Origin: Piedraia hortae CBS 480.64
Taxonomy: Eukaryota
Direction of reading: 5' to 3'
DNA: 39,524 nt
NCBI GenBank assembly: GCA_010093745.1
Contig: MU005974.1
Coordinates: forward strand, 251,227-290,750
The notes under the pieces were generated by a model that saw nothing but the letters and a program-made list of their open reading frames with translations, had not been told where the DNA came from and ran no database searches. Position 1 is the first letter of the stretch, and each line of letters opens with the position of its first letter. Below are positions 1 through 11,147 of this stretch, in pieces. A program made the translations under genes and the position numbers.

Positions 1-309
1 GGTGTTGCTTGGATGCGTCTGCAGGATGCCATGCTGCAGCGTGTGTCTGCTACGGCGGTCTTGTTTTCATGTAAGATGAGTGCAGTCAGTTAGTTCAAGG
101 GACCGTAATTAGCCAAGAGCCATTCCGTCTGCGTTGGGTTCTTTCGTTACCTACGGCGGGCCTGAAAGGGTTGCTTATGTGTGAGCAGGAGAAGTTAGAT
201 CATCACTATTGCGTTGCTGCAAGTGATGTGATGACTGAAACAAAACTCATGAACCTGCGTCCATCATTTGCACTACTCGAAGTAGAAACTGGGTATAAAC
301 TACAATATA

Positions 310-2253
310 TCAGCACTTCTCCACAACACTCACCCACTTCTGCTGCACACCCCTCTTCTCCAACGCTTTAAGCACAGCATTCTTCTGCTGACCCTGCACC
401 ATAACACCCATGACGGGCTTCTCATGCTTCTTCGCAGCACCAGCAATCGCTTCCACAGACGTACTTCCCGCACACAACTTTCTCAACTCATCAGCAAAAT
501 CCTTGGGAGAGATAAAATAATTCTCCAATCCAGAAACCCTAGTTGCCTTGCGATTTCCACCACGTTTTTCCATCACGATGTTTATCTGAGGCGGTGGTCC
601 ATTGCGGATGATGGCTTTATCGCTCTCGTCATTGCGTATGATACTGTGTGCTGGACTCATGGATTGTCGGATTCGGTCGAAAAGAGCGTCTCTTGACATG
701 CGAGGTCGGCTGTCGTTGCTGTCGCCGCTGATGATATTGCTACTGCTTGACCCGATGGCAGTTGAGAGGATGGCATCGAGATAAACCATGCGAGGCTGGG
801 ACGGGACGATTAGACTCTCTTGTTTGATATACTCGGCTAAAACGTCTCGGACTTCGGATAGGGTCAAGTGGACAGCCCCAACGGGGAAGAGAGGCCGCTG
901 CGTGCCGGTGGATTTGTAGTAGTTTATCACTTGGATCTTCTGGCCGACGGAGTTGTCTGACTGTTCCTCGCTAGGCTGTGGTTTTTCCGTTCGTTCAGCG
1001 GAGGCTTCAGGCTTCGGTAGGCGGTAGGGAACAAATTCTTGGACTGCCGTCTCGTCAAAGTCGATGTCGAGGATGACTGTCTCGGCCTTTTGATCTTTGC
1101 ACTTGACGATGCCCTCTTTGTCGAGACTTTTGATAAACTTCTTCATCGACTTCCAGCTCGTTTTCTTCATCTGCAGCTGGGCCGCTTGTGCGGGGGTAAA
1201 GGCGGGTAAGAATGGGTTGATAAGGGTGGACATAACGTAGGATTGTGAGAGGGGATAGTCGAGGCCGAAAGCGTCGTCTCTCTTATGAGTCTTCTGCTGG
1301 TTGTATAACCCGTACAAAAATGCGTTGCGAAAGGCATTGTCTATTGCTTGTTGGGTCATGGGTTTTTCGGGGACGACGACTCCGCCGTCTTCGTTGTCTT
1401 CGTCAGATGCTCCCCTGTCTATCTCGCCTGACGCGTTGGCATCTTGTTCTACTCCATCCGCTTCGCTTGCCACCTTTACTGTACCCTGCCGCCAGCCCTC
1501 TTCAGGTGGTATCTGTCCAGCTCGGCCGTTTGGACTCCAATCCCATAATTCATCGCCATACCAGTGCATGTTCTCTACAGCCCGACCGCGTATACCCTGC
1601 ACTTCATCCAAGGCAGACACATCGACGATACAGACACCCACAGCCAGAGGTACTCCAGGCCGTGCAGAGTCTGCAATCGCAACAATGGCACCAGTCTGTG
1701 CCCCTGCGGGAAATGGCGGTCCCCCAACAAGACCGGGCGTCATCAGATCTGCGCCAGACTGCAGCTTCTTGATGACATTCTGGGGCGTATGCAGAAGAGG
1801 CACCATTCTAGGGTGACGCCAGAGGGTGTAGACGGTAGGATAGATGCGGTCCGCAAGCTGGAACCAGAGTATGCGAGGGTCGGAGCCATCGTGGCTGCCT
1901 ATATAGAAAGTCCCACTCACAGGCTCGAGGTCGGGACCGTGAGTGGTTGTGAAACGAGCTGACTGGACGTTCTCGGGGAGGACCGAGTTCCTTAGACGGG
2001 CTTTGGATTGAATGTGCTCGTCTTTCTCATGATCTTGTAACTGTTGAGTCTGAGTGGGTTGGTCGCCGTTTGATTGCCCATTGATCTTGGAGCCATTCGT
2101 ATTATCTGCTTCTAACTTGGAATGTTGTAACTGAGAGCCATCCAGAGACTCCGGTTCAAGATGGAATGTATCGATCAGCTGGTCAGCAAGCTTGCGACGA
2201 TCAGAAGAACGAAGCGGAGCAACGGGCTTGACTTGGGGTTTCTTTTTGAACAT
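310..2253 (-). CDS. TMA64: Translation initiation/recycling factor eIF2D (ligatin/Tma64): pre-PUA/PUA + SWIB-like + C-terminal SUI1 domain
   Basis: 647-aa uninterrupted ORF. N-terminus MFKKKPQVK..PLRSSDRRKL; PUA region PTVYTLW...LQSGADLMTPG; KKTSWKSMKKFIK motif; C-terminal SUI1 EKRGGNRKATRVSGLE...ADELRKLCAGSTSV...VMVQG. Confidence 0.95.
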   Translation of the reverse strand: MFKKKPQVKPVAPLRSSDRRKLADQLIDTFHLEPESLDGSQLQHSKLEADNTNGSKINGQSNGDQPTQTQQLQDHEKDEHIQSKARLRNSVLPENVQSARFTTTHGPDLEPVSGTFYIGSHDGSDPRILWFQLADRIYPTVYTLWRHPRMVPLLHTPQNVIKKLQSGADLMTPGLVGGPPFPAGAQTGAIVAIADSARPGVPLAVGVCIVDVSALDEVQGIRGRAVENMHWYGDELWDWSPNGRAGQIPPEEGWRQGTVKVASEADGVEQDANASGEIDRGASDEDNEDGGVVVPEKPMTQQAIDNAFRNAFLYGLYNQQKTHKRDDAFGLDYPLSQSYVMSTLINPFLPAFTPAQAAQLQMKKTSWKSMKKFIKSLDKEGIVKCKDQKAETVILDIDFDETAVQEFVPYRLPKPEASAERTEKPQPSEEQSDNSVGQKIQVINYYKSTGTQRPLFPVGAVHLTLSEVRDVLAEYIKQESLIVPSQPRMVYLDAILSTAIGSSSSNIISGDSNDSRPRMSRDALFDRIRQSMSPAHSIIRNDESDKAIIRNGPPPQINIVMEKRGGNRKATRVSGLENYFISPKDFADELRKLCAGSTSVEAIAGAAKKHEKPVMGVMVQGQQKNAVLKALEKRGVQQKWVSVVEKC

Positions 2254-2295
2254 ATCGATTTCTACGCTGCGTTTGTTTACAGAACCGTTAACATC

Positions 2296-2338
2296 ATGAC
2301 TCGCGTGACGTCAGCGTTGCGTCATACGTGCGAGTCAT
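2296..2338. promoter_or_regulatory. Inverted repeat with bZIP-type sites upstream of eIF2D
   Basis: ATGACTCGC (2296-2304) and GCGAGTCAT (2330-2338) are exact inverted repeats containing TGACTC (Gcn4/CPC-1-like). TGACGTCA (ATF/CRE) lies at 2306-2313. The element is 43-85 bp from the eIF2D ATG. Confidence 0.4.
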
Positions 2339-2431
2339 CCAAATAACATGCGCTAGATGCACCAGCACAGCAGGCAGCAAAAGCCGACTAGTAATTATAT
2401 AGAAACAGGCTCGATGGTTCGTAAAGATGTA

Positions 2432-3340
2432 TTAGCAATGCCATGGCAACAGTTTTGGCTCCCTCCGGTATCGTTTCCTCGGACTCGGCGCGACAGCCTC
2501 CATCACATCCAGCTCGCATAATGCCTGCGAAAGAGCTTGACTATCAGCGCCCCCCCTCCATTGAAGAAGCTTTCTCCTCCAAAAGGGCTTCAAATCCCCA
2601 TCGACACCATAGGGATCTGCAACAATAGCCCACCAAGCCAATGCGTCCACGACCTGCTCGGCATGTTCTACATCCATTTCAAACCATTCCGAATGCACCG
2701 ATCCGCAGGTGGGACTGTCGCTACACGAAGTGCTCTTCCTCCTGTACGAGCCCAGTTCGGCGTGTATCAACCTCTCCACCCGCAAAGCACAGGGTACACG
2801 TCTGATTTGCCTCAAAGGCTGTGGCACGAAGCCGCACAGCATCTCGATGCTGAATAGCCGCTCGTCAACCACTTGTCGAGTATACCCAATCTTGAGAAAG
2901 CCAGGATCGGATTCTCGTCGGAACATGTACAGATTCCCGCAAGGAGACTCGTGCTGTCCCAGCGGCGATAGCATCGTTTGAGCGAACGTCTTGTCTGAGC
3001 GCTTAGGTGTGTATTGGATAAATCGCTGTAGTGATGGGGGAGGTATCATGCTGTGGCCACCGAGTTCGTGAAGCCATTGTCGAGCTATCTGATCTAGACG
3101 GCCTAACTCATCTGCACGCCTTCGATGCGCTTGCTTGCAAACACATAGGGTAGCATAGAGCTTGAGAGTTGGTAAGAGCTCGTCGTTGGGTTTGACAGTT
3201 GTGATGTCAGTGCGAAGCTTGGCGGCTAGTTGGCGGTCGCTTCTGTTGATAATGTGGCGGCAGCGTGGCCCTTTGATGGTTGGGTGAATGCAGGTAAACC
3301 CGATGTCGCTTGGAGAGAATGACACAAACTTGATGGACAT
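2432..3340 (-). CDS. T5orf172/MUG113-domain (GIY-YIG-like) protein
   Basis: Motifs GNLYMF..ESDPGFLKIGYT...RL...CG, RVERLIHAEL...C..CG..HSEWFE are typical of fungal T5orf172/MUG113 proteins. First in-frame ATG is at 3340 (MSIKF); the ORF-track start at 3421 is TTG. Confidence 0.85.
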   Translation of the reverse strand: MSIKFVSFSPSDIGFTCIHPTIKGPRCRHIINRSDRQLAAKLRTDITTVKPNDELLPTLKLYATLCVCKQAHRRRADELGRLDQIARQWLHELGGHSMIPPPSLQRFIQYTPKRSDKTFAQTMLSPLGQHESPCGNLYMFRRESDPGFLKIGYTRQVVDERLFSIEMLCGFVPQPLRQIRRVPCALRVERLIHAELGSYRRKSTSCSDSPTCGSVHSEWFEMDVEHAEQVVDALAWWAIVADPYGVDGDLKPFWRRKLLQWRGGADSQALSQALCELDVMEAVAPSPRKRYRREPKLLPWHC

Positions 3341-3473
3341 GTTTCTGGGTGTTGATGGGACCCGCAGAGGCGGGGGCAGCCTTATGTATCTGTCTGGAGG
3401 AAAGGATCGTCGACGCAGCAATCCGATTTGGTACCCAATCAGCTAAAGCTATCCTTGCAACGTGTGATTACAG

Positions 3474-4361
3474 TCATAGATGGAAAGGTTGAGACCAGGT
3501 AGACCATGGCCCAGGTACTATAGCGAATCGACTCTCGGTCAGCGGAAGAAGTCCTTGATAAAACACCACAATGCCAACAATTAGTAGTAAATAGTAAGTG
3601 ATGGTTGGAATCAAGCCACGAGACGGCGTTCCAACACGACCAGATAAGCGCGGCACGCCCATGTAGTTGCAAAAGCTGTGCGTGACGATAGCCGCCGGGA
3701 GGTTACCTGTTCGTAAGATGACGAACGTCGCAAACATGCCAAAGACGGTTGTATAGCTAAACTGGAAGAGGCTGGCAAGAAAGCCGATGACCCAGACTCG
3801 GATCGGGGGCAGGTTATGATCTTCCGGCGTGTGAGATCGTAGGAAACTGGCAAAATGGTGGAAGTGAGCAAGGCCAAAGATGGGCGGAGTGGTGAAAACA
3901 ATCTTGGCTGGGGACATGCCAGCAAGTAGGCAAAGTGGGATGACGAGGGAGCGGAATATCAACTCCTCGCTAATAGGTGCGGCGACGTAATTCCGCCAGG
4001 CAATCCAATCTATGTAGGGGATTTGGACACCGTCCAAGAACAGTTCAAACAGTGGGCCGATGAAGAGGATTGCCACAAGGGCCAGGACCCGAGCAATGTC
4101 GAGAACACTAACAGGCCAGATGGCAAGTAATCGGATGATTGCAGGAAAGTCAAGACCAAGGTAGGCCAGAAGAGCGGTAGTCCAGAGACATGCTGCCACG
4201 CATACCAAACAAACGGACTGGATTCGAGCTTTGATCACTTTTGGATGGTCTCTAGAGCGAAGCGGCGTAGACCGAAGAGTGGGCGATAGATAAAATGGCG
4301 TAACGTAGAGGATTGTATGGCAGATAGCCGTAGACCAGGCGATTTTAGGTGTTATTGTCAT
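3474..4361 (-). CDS. RCE1: CAAX prenyl protease 2 (Rce1, Abi/CPBP family)
   Basis: Multi-pass hydrophobic ORF with catalytic motifs APISEELIFR, FGLAHFHH and HSFCNYMG. First in-frame ATG is at 4361 (MTITPK). Confidence 0.93.
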   Translation of the reverse strand: MTITPKIAWSTAICHTILYVTPFYLSPTLRSTPLRSRDHPKVIKARIQSVCLVCVAACLWTTALLAYLGLDFPAIIRLLAIWPVSVLDIARVLALVAILFIGPLFELFLDGVQIPYIDWIAWRNYVAAPISEELIFRSLVIPLCLLAGMSPAKIVFTTPPIFGLAHFHHFASFLRSHTPEDHNLPPIRVWVIGFLASLFQFSYTTVFGMFATFVILRTGNLPAAIVTHSFCNYMGVPRLSGRVGTPSRGLIPTITYYLLLIVGIVVFYQGLLPLTESRFAIVPGPWSTWSQPFHL

Positions 4362-5390
4362 GGTTGGATACACGGAGACGGTGTGGGTCACCCGACAGGC
4401 ACATATTTGCCAGGAAGTGACAGCACTCGAAATCACGAGCAAAGGAAGCTGATCTCTTGGTAGACCATCCCTTATCCGAAGAGCTCACGGGCAAACGTAG
4501 GTAGCTACAAACATGACAACAAAGTGACGCTGCTCTCTCTACAAGAGCAGTAGATTCTTCGGAACTTTGCTAACCATTTTTCGAAGCAAAGTCAACAGCT
4601 ATCTGCCTGCTCTTTCCGGGAATCTCCGATTCGGCAATGTATCGTTTACAAACCCATCTGCGGCTGAACTTTGACCTGCTCCAACCAGGAACCGCTGATA
4701 TGCAAACCGTGATGCCGCAACAGGGGACGCTTTGCAGTGCAGTTGGCACATGACACACGTTGTCGCAACAGCAGTTCTCGACAACAGCGCTGCCCGAAGA
4801 CGCAATCATCCTCGGATTGGAAACGGCAACGGTTGTGGGGCAAGGTTTGCGGAAAAGACATCAGGGGGTTAGCACGTGCTGGATACGGGTGTTTCATCTG
4901 TTTGCCTTTGGGGGTCCTCAAAGGGACGGTGAGGATTGATGAAAAATTGACAAATGAGAAGCAGCCAAAATGCATTCATCAAATGGGGCAACCCAATAAA
5001 AGAGCGCAATGGCGGATGGTCCCGCAGTCTAGAACGTCTTTGACAGCTCCACGTGGCGCCTGTCAGGGACGTGCACGCGCGTTGGTCATTACGCGACTCC
5101 CTGACGCGCGTCCCGCACGCGTTTCGAGTGCCGCCGGTAGTGATGCGCAGGCGGATGGAAAGAGAGAGGTGGCTAATCAGAGCGCTGCCGCTTGAGAGAA
5201 GAGACGGTCAACGTCTTCGTCTAGTCCAGGCAGGTACACAATGAATTTGCATGCTCCATTCCTCTCCATGCATGGCTGCCACAGCCGCTGCAGCGACAAC
5301 CGTTGCATCTAAGCGCTCCCAATTTCCCAATAGTCTTTCCTTTCTTGATCTCTGGTCTATCATTCACCAACTCATCTCCTTTCTCTTGTC

Positions 5391-7354
5391 ATGTTTCTTG
5401 ATCCAGAGCCCAAACGTCAAGATCGGCCGGGAAGGACCCTGGCCCATCGCCCTCCTTTGCGGGAGCGGACGGCGGCCGAGAACAACCAGCAGTTCAGGCC
5501 GACCAAGACAACGGCTCCCAGGCCACGGTTGCCGCCCAAGACGCCGCTGCCAGAGTCGGTGTCGAATCTGGGACAGACTGTGCGGCTGGTCGCGCACTCA
5601 TCATCGCCGGCGTCGTCGTCACCCGCCACGACCGTTTCAAATGTCCGGGCCAAGCGCGATATTGGGCGACAGGCCCCCCCTGCCCGCGGTCGCCACGCTG
5701 GAGAAGCGCTGGGCCACCGCTCATCCGGCTCTCGGCTGGCGCCTTCTTCGCCCCAGAGATCGCCAGAAGAGGATGGTAGTGTGCGTCGTCGCTGGTCCGC
5801 CGGTCCTCTCCCTCAGCCTCTGCGTATCCGCAAGGTCTATGTGCCATCGTTGCAAGATAGCGACTCCTCTCCGCCCTCGTCGCCCTACCTAGTTGTCTTC
5901 GACTCGGACTCAACTCGCGCCCGCTCCGTAAGCCAGCCGACGCTGCGCCTCAGACCATCAGTCGAGACCTTCCGCTCCCGCACCACTCAGTCCTCGACGC
6001 TCATTTGGCCTGAATCGGATCGTGGTCTCACCACTGCCTCCTCGTTCGCGTCGTTGCTGACCTATTCCACCGACGACACGCTTCCCTCGCTGCGGATTCC
6101 CAAGCGCCGCCGCCAGCAGTCGCAAAGAGCCATGGGCCCGGACGAGGTGGTCAACCACCTGCGTCGTGCATGCGACTCCCACCTCAGCACAATCGCCAGC
6201 GAGAGCGATCGGGACAGTCGAATCCCTAGCCAGCTGCTGCCGGCAGAGCAACCCTCCCGCTCATCCAGCGCGCGGCCACCACCTCTCTTCATCCCCGACC
6301 CCTCTGCAGCAAGCCCCAGCAGCATGGAACGCGGCGACACCGTCTCAGAGCTCCCACAGCCCTCCTCCCCCTCCCTCCGACCCAAACGCTCCGGCTACTC
6401 CAGCATCGCACACAGCAACAGTACATCCAGCCGCAGCGGCGCCAACCGCAGCGCCAGCATCAGTCGCCAACCCAGCGTATCCAGCACACGCAGCAGCATC
6501 TTCCCGGCTTGGGCCATTCGTTTCTACGGCGGTACTGCCAACCTCGTCTCACCCAGCGCCATATCGGTCCACCTTCCCGCGCATTTCACCCACACCCGTC
6601 AAGACAGCCAATGGACAGAGCGGAGCATCACAAGCCGACTCGGAACCGGCTACGACGAACTCGGTGATGGGTCCAGCCCAACAAGCAGTCACTTCCTCCC
6701 CAGCATCTTCCGCTCTCGAACCCGCACCCGCGCAAACACTTCAAACACATTCGCAAGCAGTCGTCGCTCATCAACCTTCCGACGCCCTCGCGCAAGAACC
6801 AGAAGCAGACCTGGCTCATATGTAATGTCAAATGAACCGATGCCGCCGATGCCGCAGCCACTTTCCCCGGGTCCGGATACGGACTTGGCGCCGGATCTGG
6901 GCACCGCGTTCACTGCTGATCCCGTCCCTGACCGCGTGAGGGTGAACCCCGTGGCGGCTGTCGCCGCTGACAGCGCGCCGGCTAACGCCGCCACGCCAGA
7001 GACAAGTCCGAGTGAGAATCTCATGGCGTGTGATCTTTTACCCTGTGATGCGCTTCCGCAGATTCCACCTGAGAAGAAGAAACGAGGGTGGGGGACGCAG
7101 AGGGTTCTGTTTTGCGTGGGGTTTATCTTTCCGTTGGTCTGGATTTTTGCGGGTTTCTTACTTGTAAAAGGGAGGAAGGGGGATGTTGAGAAAGGGGCGA
7201 TGCTCCCTGATGGGGAGGAGGTGAAGTGGAGGTGGAGAAATAGACTCATGGGAGTGGTGGGGTTTGTGGTTCTTGCTGTTATTGTGAGTTTAACACCGAG
7301 GTTGGGGGATTATTGCTGACGTGATAGGTTGCGGTTGTTGTTGCGTGCGTTTGA
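5391..7354 (+). CDS. Ser/Pro/Arg-rich protein with two C-terminal transmembrane helices; exons 5391-7283 and 7328-7354
   Basis: Long ORF ending in LFCVGFIFPLVWIFAGFLL...WRWRNRLMGVVGFVVLAVI. A phase-0 intron GTGAGT...GCTGAC...TAG (7284-7327) joins it to VAVVVACV*, completing the second helix. Confidence 0.8.
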
Positions 7355-9102
7355 GAGAGGGGACTCTTGGAGTTTGGAGGAGGTGTTCCGTGGGTACATA
7401 TACCTGGCGTTTGGTTTACCAGTCTGGGAAAAAGCAAAAGTTCATGGGTTGTGGGGCTTTTTTTGTTCTGTGTTTGGTGGGTGTTATGATATTTGAAGGG
7501 AGTTCTATGTTGTGAGCAAAGGGATAGGTTGATGATAGGATTCGGTGGGAGATATATGTCTTCAAGGGCATGACTTCAATGGGGATGTATCCTGTCGCCT
7601 TTGTGCCGGGAGAGGGAGATATCCATTCGTAGAGGGGATTGTTGTGGCTCTTCGGTGAATGGACTCTTTGCATCTTTGGTTTCACATCCCTTGTGGATTG
7701 TCACAGTGACTGAGATCCAGTTGCATGCGAGAATAGGGTCGGTGTGTGTAGGCATTGGTGTGGCTTGGTCTCGTGACATGAAATCTCTTGTCCGTTGTTT
7801 AGTGCTAGCAGACGAATTGAGATGGAACATGATTTGGCGATCTAGGCATTATGAGAATAGCAAACTATGCTGATCTGGATGTCCCATTTGTCCGGTTGAA
7901 AGTGAGATACGACTTTGCGGTTATTGGAGGTCATGCTTGTTTGTGTGGGCTTGATGGGAGCGCTAGGTTGAAGATGCGCTGAATTAGTGATTGAAGGTTG
8001 GAAGGTTGGAAGGTATCACTCTGTTGCATGACTTTGTTGTGGTAGTTGTATCGTGCGATGAAGTCTCTGTGTTTCTATAGATAGGGATTTGATCGTCTTC
8101 GCAATTCAACTCTCGTTCCAGTCCATGGCGTGATGACATGCGAGATTCCGAGTATCGGGCTGCCTACTCTTAGGCGGGTGTCAAAGCTGCTAACGGTTCT
8201 TTGGCGTGTTTCATGCAAAATGCGGTTCTGTGTCAGGCAATTTCGCACTCTTCGTGGATTGTGAGAGTGCAAGTACGCAAAGCGAGTGGCATGGGGTACG
8301 ATATAAGAATCCAGTCAGCATCAGTAGAGGTTGAAATAGAGAGATGTGAAGCTTTGTATGTTTTCCTTGTGCGGTTGGAAGAAGAAGGCGACTCTTTCGA
8401 GGCGACGATGTCATGGTCTCTTGTCCAATGTCGGGGCCAGAATTCGGTCGAAAATGCGCCAAGTTGGTGGCCGAGGCCTGTTATTTCGAGGGATTCTGAT
8501 TTGTTTCATTCGCTCGTTGTGGTTGGCGCGCCGTGAGATGGAATCTGATTCTGCGTCACTTCGGAGCTTGATCACTTGATTCCCCTCCCGAGCTTGAGTC
8601 AAGGAGGACCGTTACGGAAATTTGTGTCGTTGCTGCAAGATCACAATAGTAGCTTGAAGGCTTCCAGGAGAACCATGATTTACGACAGAGTCGTGTTGGC
8701 TTGCAAAGCAGGAATGCTCAGAGATTGGAATCGGCATTGCGTGGAAGCGGCCCACAAACTGTTTTCGATATGCGCCTAGACCAGAACGCATTGCTGCCAC
8801 TCTCTCCCTCACGGCACCTGTCCTGCGCTGAAATTCTTGACGTTATTTACGGGAAAGTAGAATAACTCCTGCCAAGCCTTGGGCACTAAGTCAATCTGAA
8901 ACACGCCGCCTCCATGAAATCTCTTCCCCACTTTCCACTAATTTTTTCCTCTTCCACAACGCAATCTACACTTCATCATCCATCTTCCCGCTCCTTCACA
9001 TTTCGTCCCCCTCCCCTTCGGCGGGTTTACAGCTTTGACTGGTCCCTTGATACTGCTTCGCTCAAAACTTGACCGATGCAGTAGCCACGAGCCAAGTGAC
9101 TG

Positions 9103-9435
9103 AGCCCTATGCCATACTCAAAATCATGGCATCGTCACAGGCCGTCCTTTCCTGAGACCAAGTTGAAAACTTTTCGAAGAACAGGACTCAGCAGCAATTC
9201 CACGGCGCTGTCCGGTATTTGTGTTCTTTTACAGCCTTTGACCCCAAAGCTGATTGTTCTCCTCAGTAGGGCTCTATGCCATAATCAAAATCATGGCATC
9301 TTCCCAAGCCATCCCCCTCTGGTACGAGCTTGAAAGGTTCCAAAGCACAGGTCACAGCAGCGATATAACGGCGCTGTCTGGTATGTTACATTTTTTTACA
9401 TTCTTTTATTCCAAAGCTAATTTTTGTCTCCACAG
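9103..9435 (+). repeat. Tandem duplication of a ~166-bp exon+intron unit
   Basis: Units at ~9103-9268 and ~9270-9435 both start GC(C/T)CTATGCCATA(C/A)TCAAAATCATGGCATC and share ACGGCGCTGTC(C/T)GGTAT and CCAAAGCT(G/A)ATT...CAG. Confidence 0.85.
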
Positions 9436-9604
9436 TCTACCAACCTACCAATGAAGCATTTTTCCGTGTAACTGCCAACTTCCTCGTGAATACTGTCGCT
9501 CGCTCGGATGGCACGGCTATCGACGAGACGCCGTCCTTGCTGCCCACCAAGAACATTGACAATCGGAAAGACGGGACAGATACCGATCCGACACCCGCAT
9601 TGTG
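9293..9604 (+). pseudogene. Small spliced ORF or gene remnant (MASSQAIPLWYELERF...)
   Basis: ATG at 9293, intron GTATGT...GCTAAT...CAG at 9381-9435, then an open frame VYQPTNEAFFRVTANF...PTPAL*. The upstream duplicate has TGA where this copy has TGG. Confidence 0.3.
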
Positions 9605-10056
9605 AGAGGCAACGGCTGGGGGAGCGACTCCCGAACATCCAAGCTAAACATCGAGTTGCCACCCCGTGTGGTGGCAAACAATGTCACTTGGTGAAGACGA
9701 TTTATCGCTGGAAGCAGGAGGTCGGGTGGATGAAGTCTCATTCAGCCACACAAGCATGCCGCACCTTTACGACAGAAAAACGCTTTGCGGGTTTTAACAA
9801 GGTCACTGTTGGCACCCCAGCCGTTGGTCAAACTACCGCCGTCCACCACATCATCGTCGAAAAATCTTATATATTTGGCAGTCAGGTACAAGGAATCGAA
9901 GGAAGCGTAGGGGGGGACTGTGATGTATAGTATGAACTTGTTCTTCATGGTAGAAGGATAAGCCACAGCTTGTTTTATATGCTTCCCAACCAGTACAAAT
10001 CTGGATGAGACCGATCACCACAATTCAGTACAAGGAGTGAGATGAAGAGAAGTTTT

Positions 10057-10229
10057 TGTTACGGTGCTCAGAGGAAAAGGTTCAATAAGTCCCAACAACG
10101 AGGACAATCCAGACTGCTATCTACTGGGAAGCTAGGATACTATAAACAAATCCAGAAGCGCCGTTCATTCGTGCGTGGCAGCGAGCGTAGCTATGAATAA
10201 CTAGCAGGGCGTGTAGGTGTATCAAATTC
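10057..10229. repeat. Dispersed repeat family B, copy 1 (LTR-like, starts TGTTAC), truncated by a family A element
   Basis: Aligns by eye with 19482-19654 (AAAAGGTTCAATAAGTCCCAA...GAGGACAATCC...ATCTACTGGGAAGC...GGATACTATAAAC...TCCAGAAGCGC). Homology stops exactly at the family A start, 10230. Confidence 0.85.
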
Positions 10230-10534
10230 TGTCGGAGGGGTGAACCTCCGAGGACTAGTGCGGAGTGGATGTCAACGAAAAAAGTTTTCACTCAATTTTT
10301 ACTGAAAAATGTGAAATGTAGATGTCTATCTCTATGAGGTGAGGTTCGAAATCTCCCCCACACTACCTCAGTCTCACCCCATTTGCCAGGACAAAATCAG
10401 CGAATCATGCCCTTAAGCATGAACGAGACAATGACCCGTCTCAGGGAAAACTTCCTCTATAGAGGTAAAAGCCCTGAGAAGTTTCGACTTCTATCTGCAG
10501 TTTTGGTCATGGTGGGTGCCACATCCTTCTGACA
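10230..10534 (-). mobile_element. Solo LTR, family A copy 1
   Basis: TGTCGGAGG...CCTTCTGACA ends (TG..CA with short inverted termini), 305 bp, four copies in the window. Flanks AATTC/AATAT do not form a clean TSD. Strand inferred from similarity to families C/D. Confidence 0.85.
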
Positions 10535-10814
10535 AATATTGTTGCATGTAAAACAACTGAGAGGCCGAGGTGCTACTTGAAGTTAAGTGCAGATCAGAGA
10601 CTTGCGTGATGTGGAGCGAGGGGGCGGAACAGGCCCGTCAGAAATGAAGGGGGTATTTTCTCGACAAGTTTTGACAGGAAAATTTGCTGTTCATTGTCAG
10701 CATAATGATGTCCAATCTAGTTACAAGTTATGGCCACTTCTCTGTTTTGTTGAGCTTTCGTTTGTCCCGTAGTGGCTGAGCATTGCCGTGTCTGATGCGG
10801 TTCGTGTACAGGCG

Positions 10815-11147
10815 CGAGCCGAGCCGAGATTGGCAATCATCCCGAAATAATTTCCAAACACCTGCACTTGGCCCACAACACTGGCTCAGCACAGTTACTG
10901 CCCCCAAGCAACAGGGATGTATGCTAACCGTGGAAATAGCCCACACGAAGTCTCAAGTCCCAATCATCAATTCCCAAAAATGCTGCTGTCACGACCGTTC
11001 TCTCGCGCCGGCTGCGGCACTTTGAAGTCAAGCGAGAATCGATAGCCTGCCACGAGACTGCTCTGATTCCCTATGACAGCAGCAGAACAATTAATATAAG
11101 ACCGGATTAGGTTGGTCTTACAAAGGGTAATCGAAGTACTCGCGCTG
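10815..11147 (+). pseudogene. Repeat family E, copy 1 (decayed Cys-motif gene), interrupted by an LTR
   Basis: Similar to ~29185-29510 and ~31300-31625 (CACTTGGCCCACA; ACGACCGTT; TAGGTTGGTCTTACAA; GTACT.GCGC). Frame NSQKCCCHDRSLAPAAAL*SQARIDSLP. Confidence 0.7.

Noticed and set aside
424..7249. Numerous overlapping antisense or alternate-frame ORFs
   Set aside because: Shadows of the GC-rich real genes (eIF2D, T5orf172, RCE1, Ser-rich protein).
10230..10534. Hammerhead ribozyme (retrozyme) in family A LTRs
   Set aside because: Hairpins and a CGAAAC are present, but no conserved CTGANGA core with correct stems was found on either strand across the four copies.
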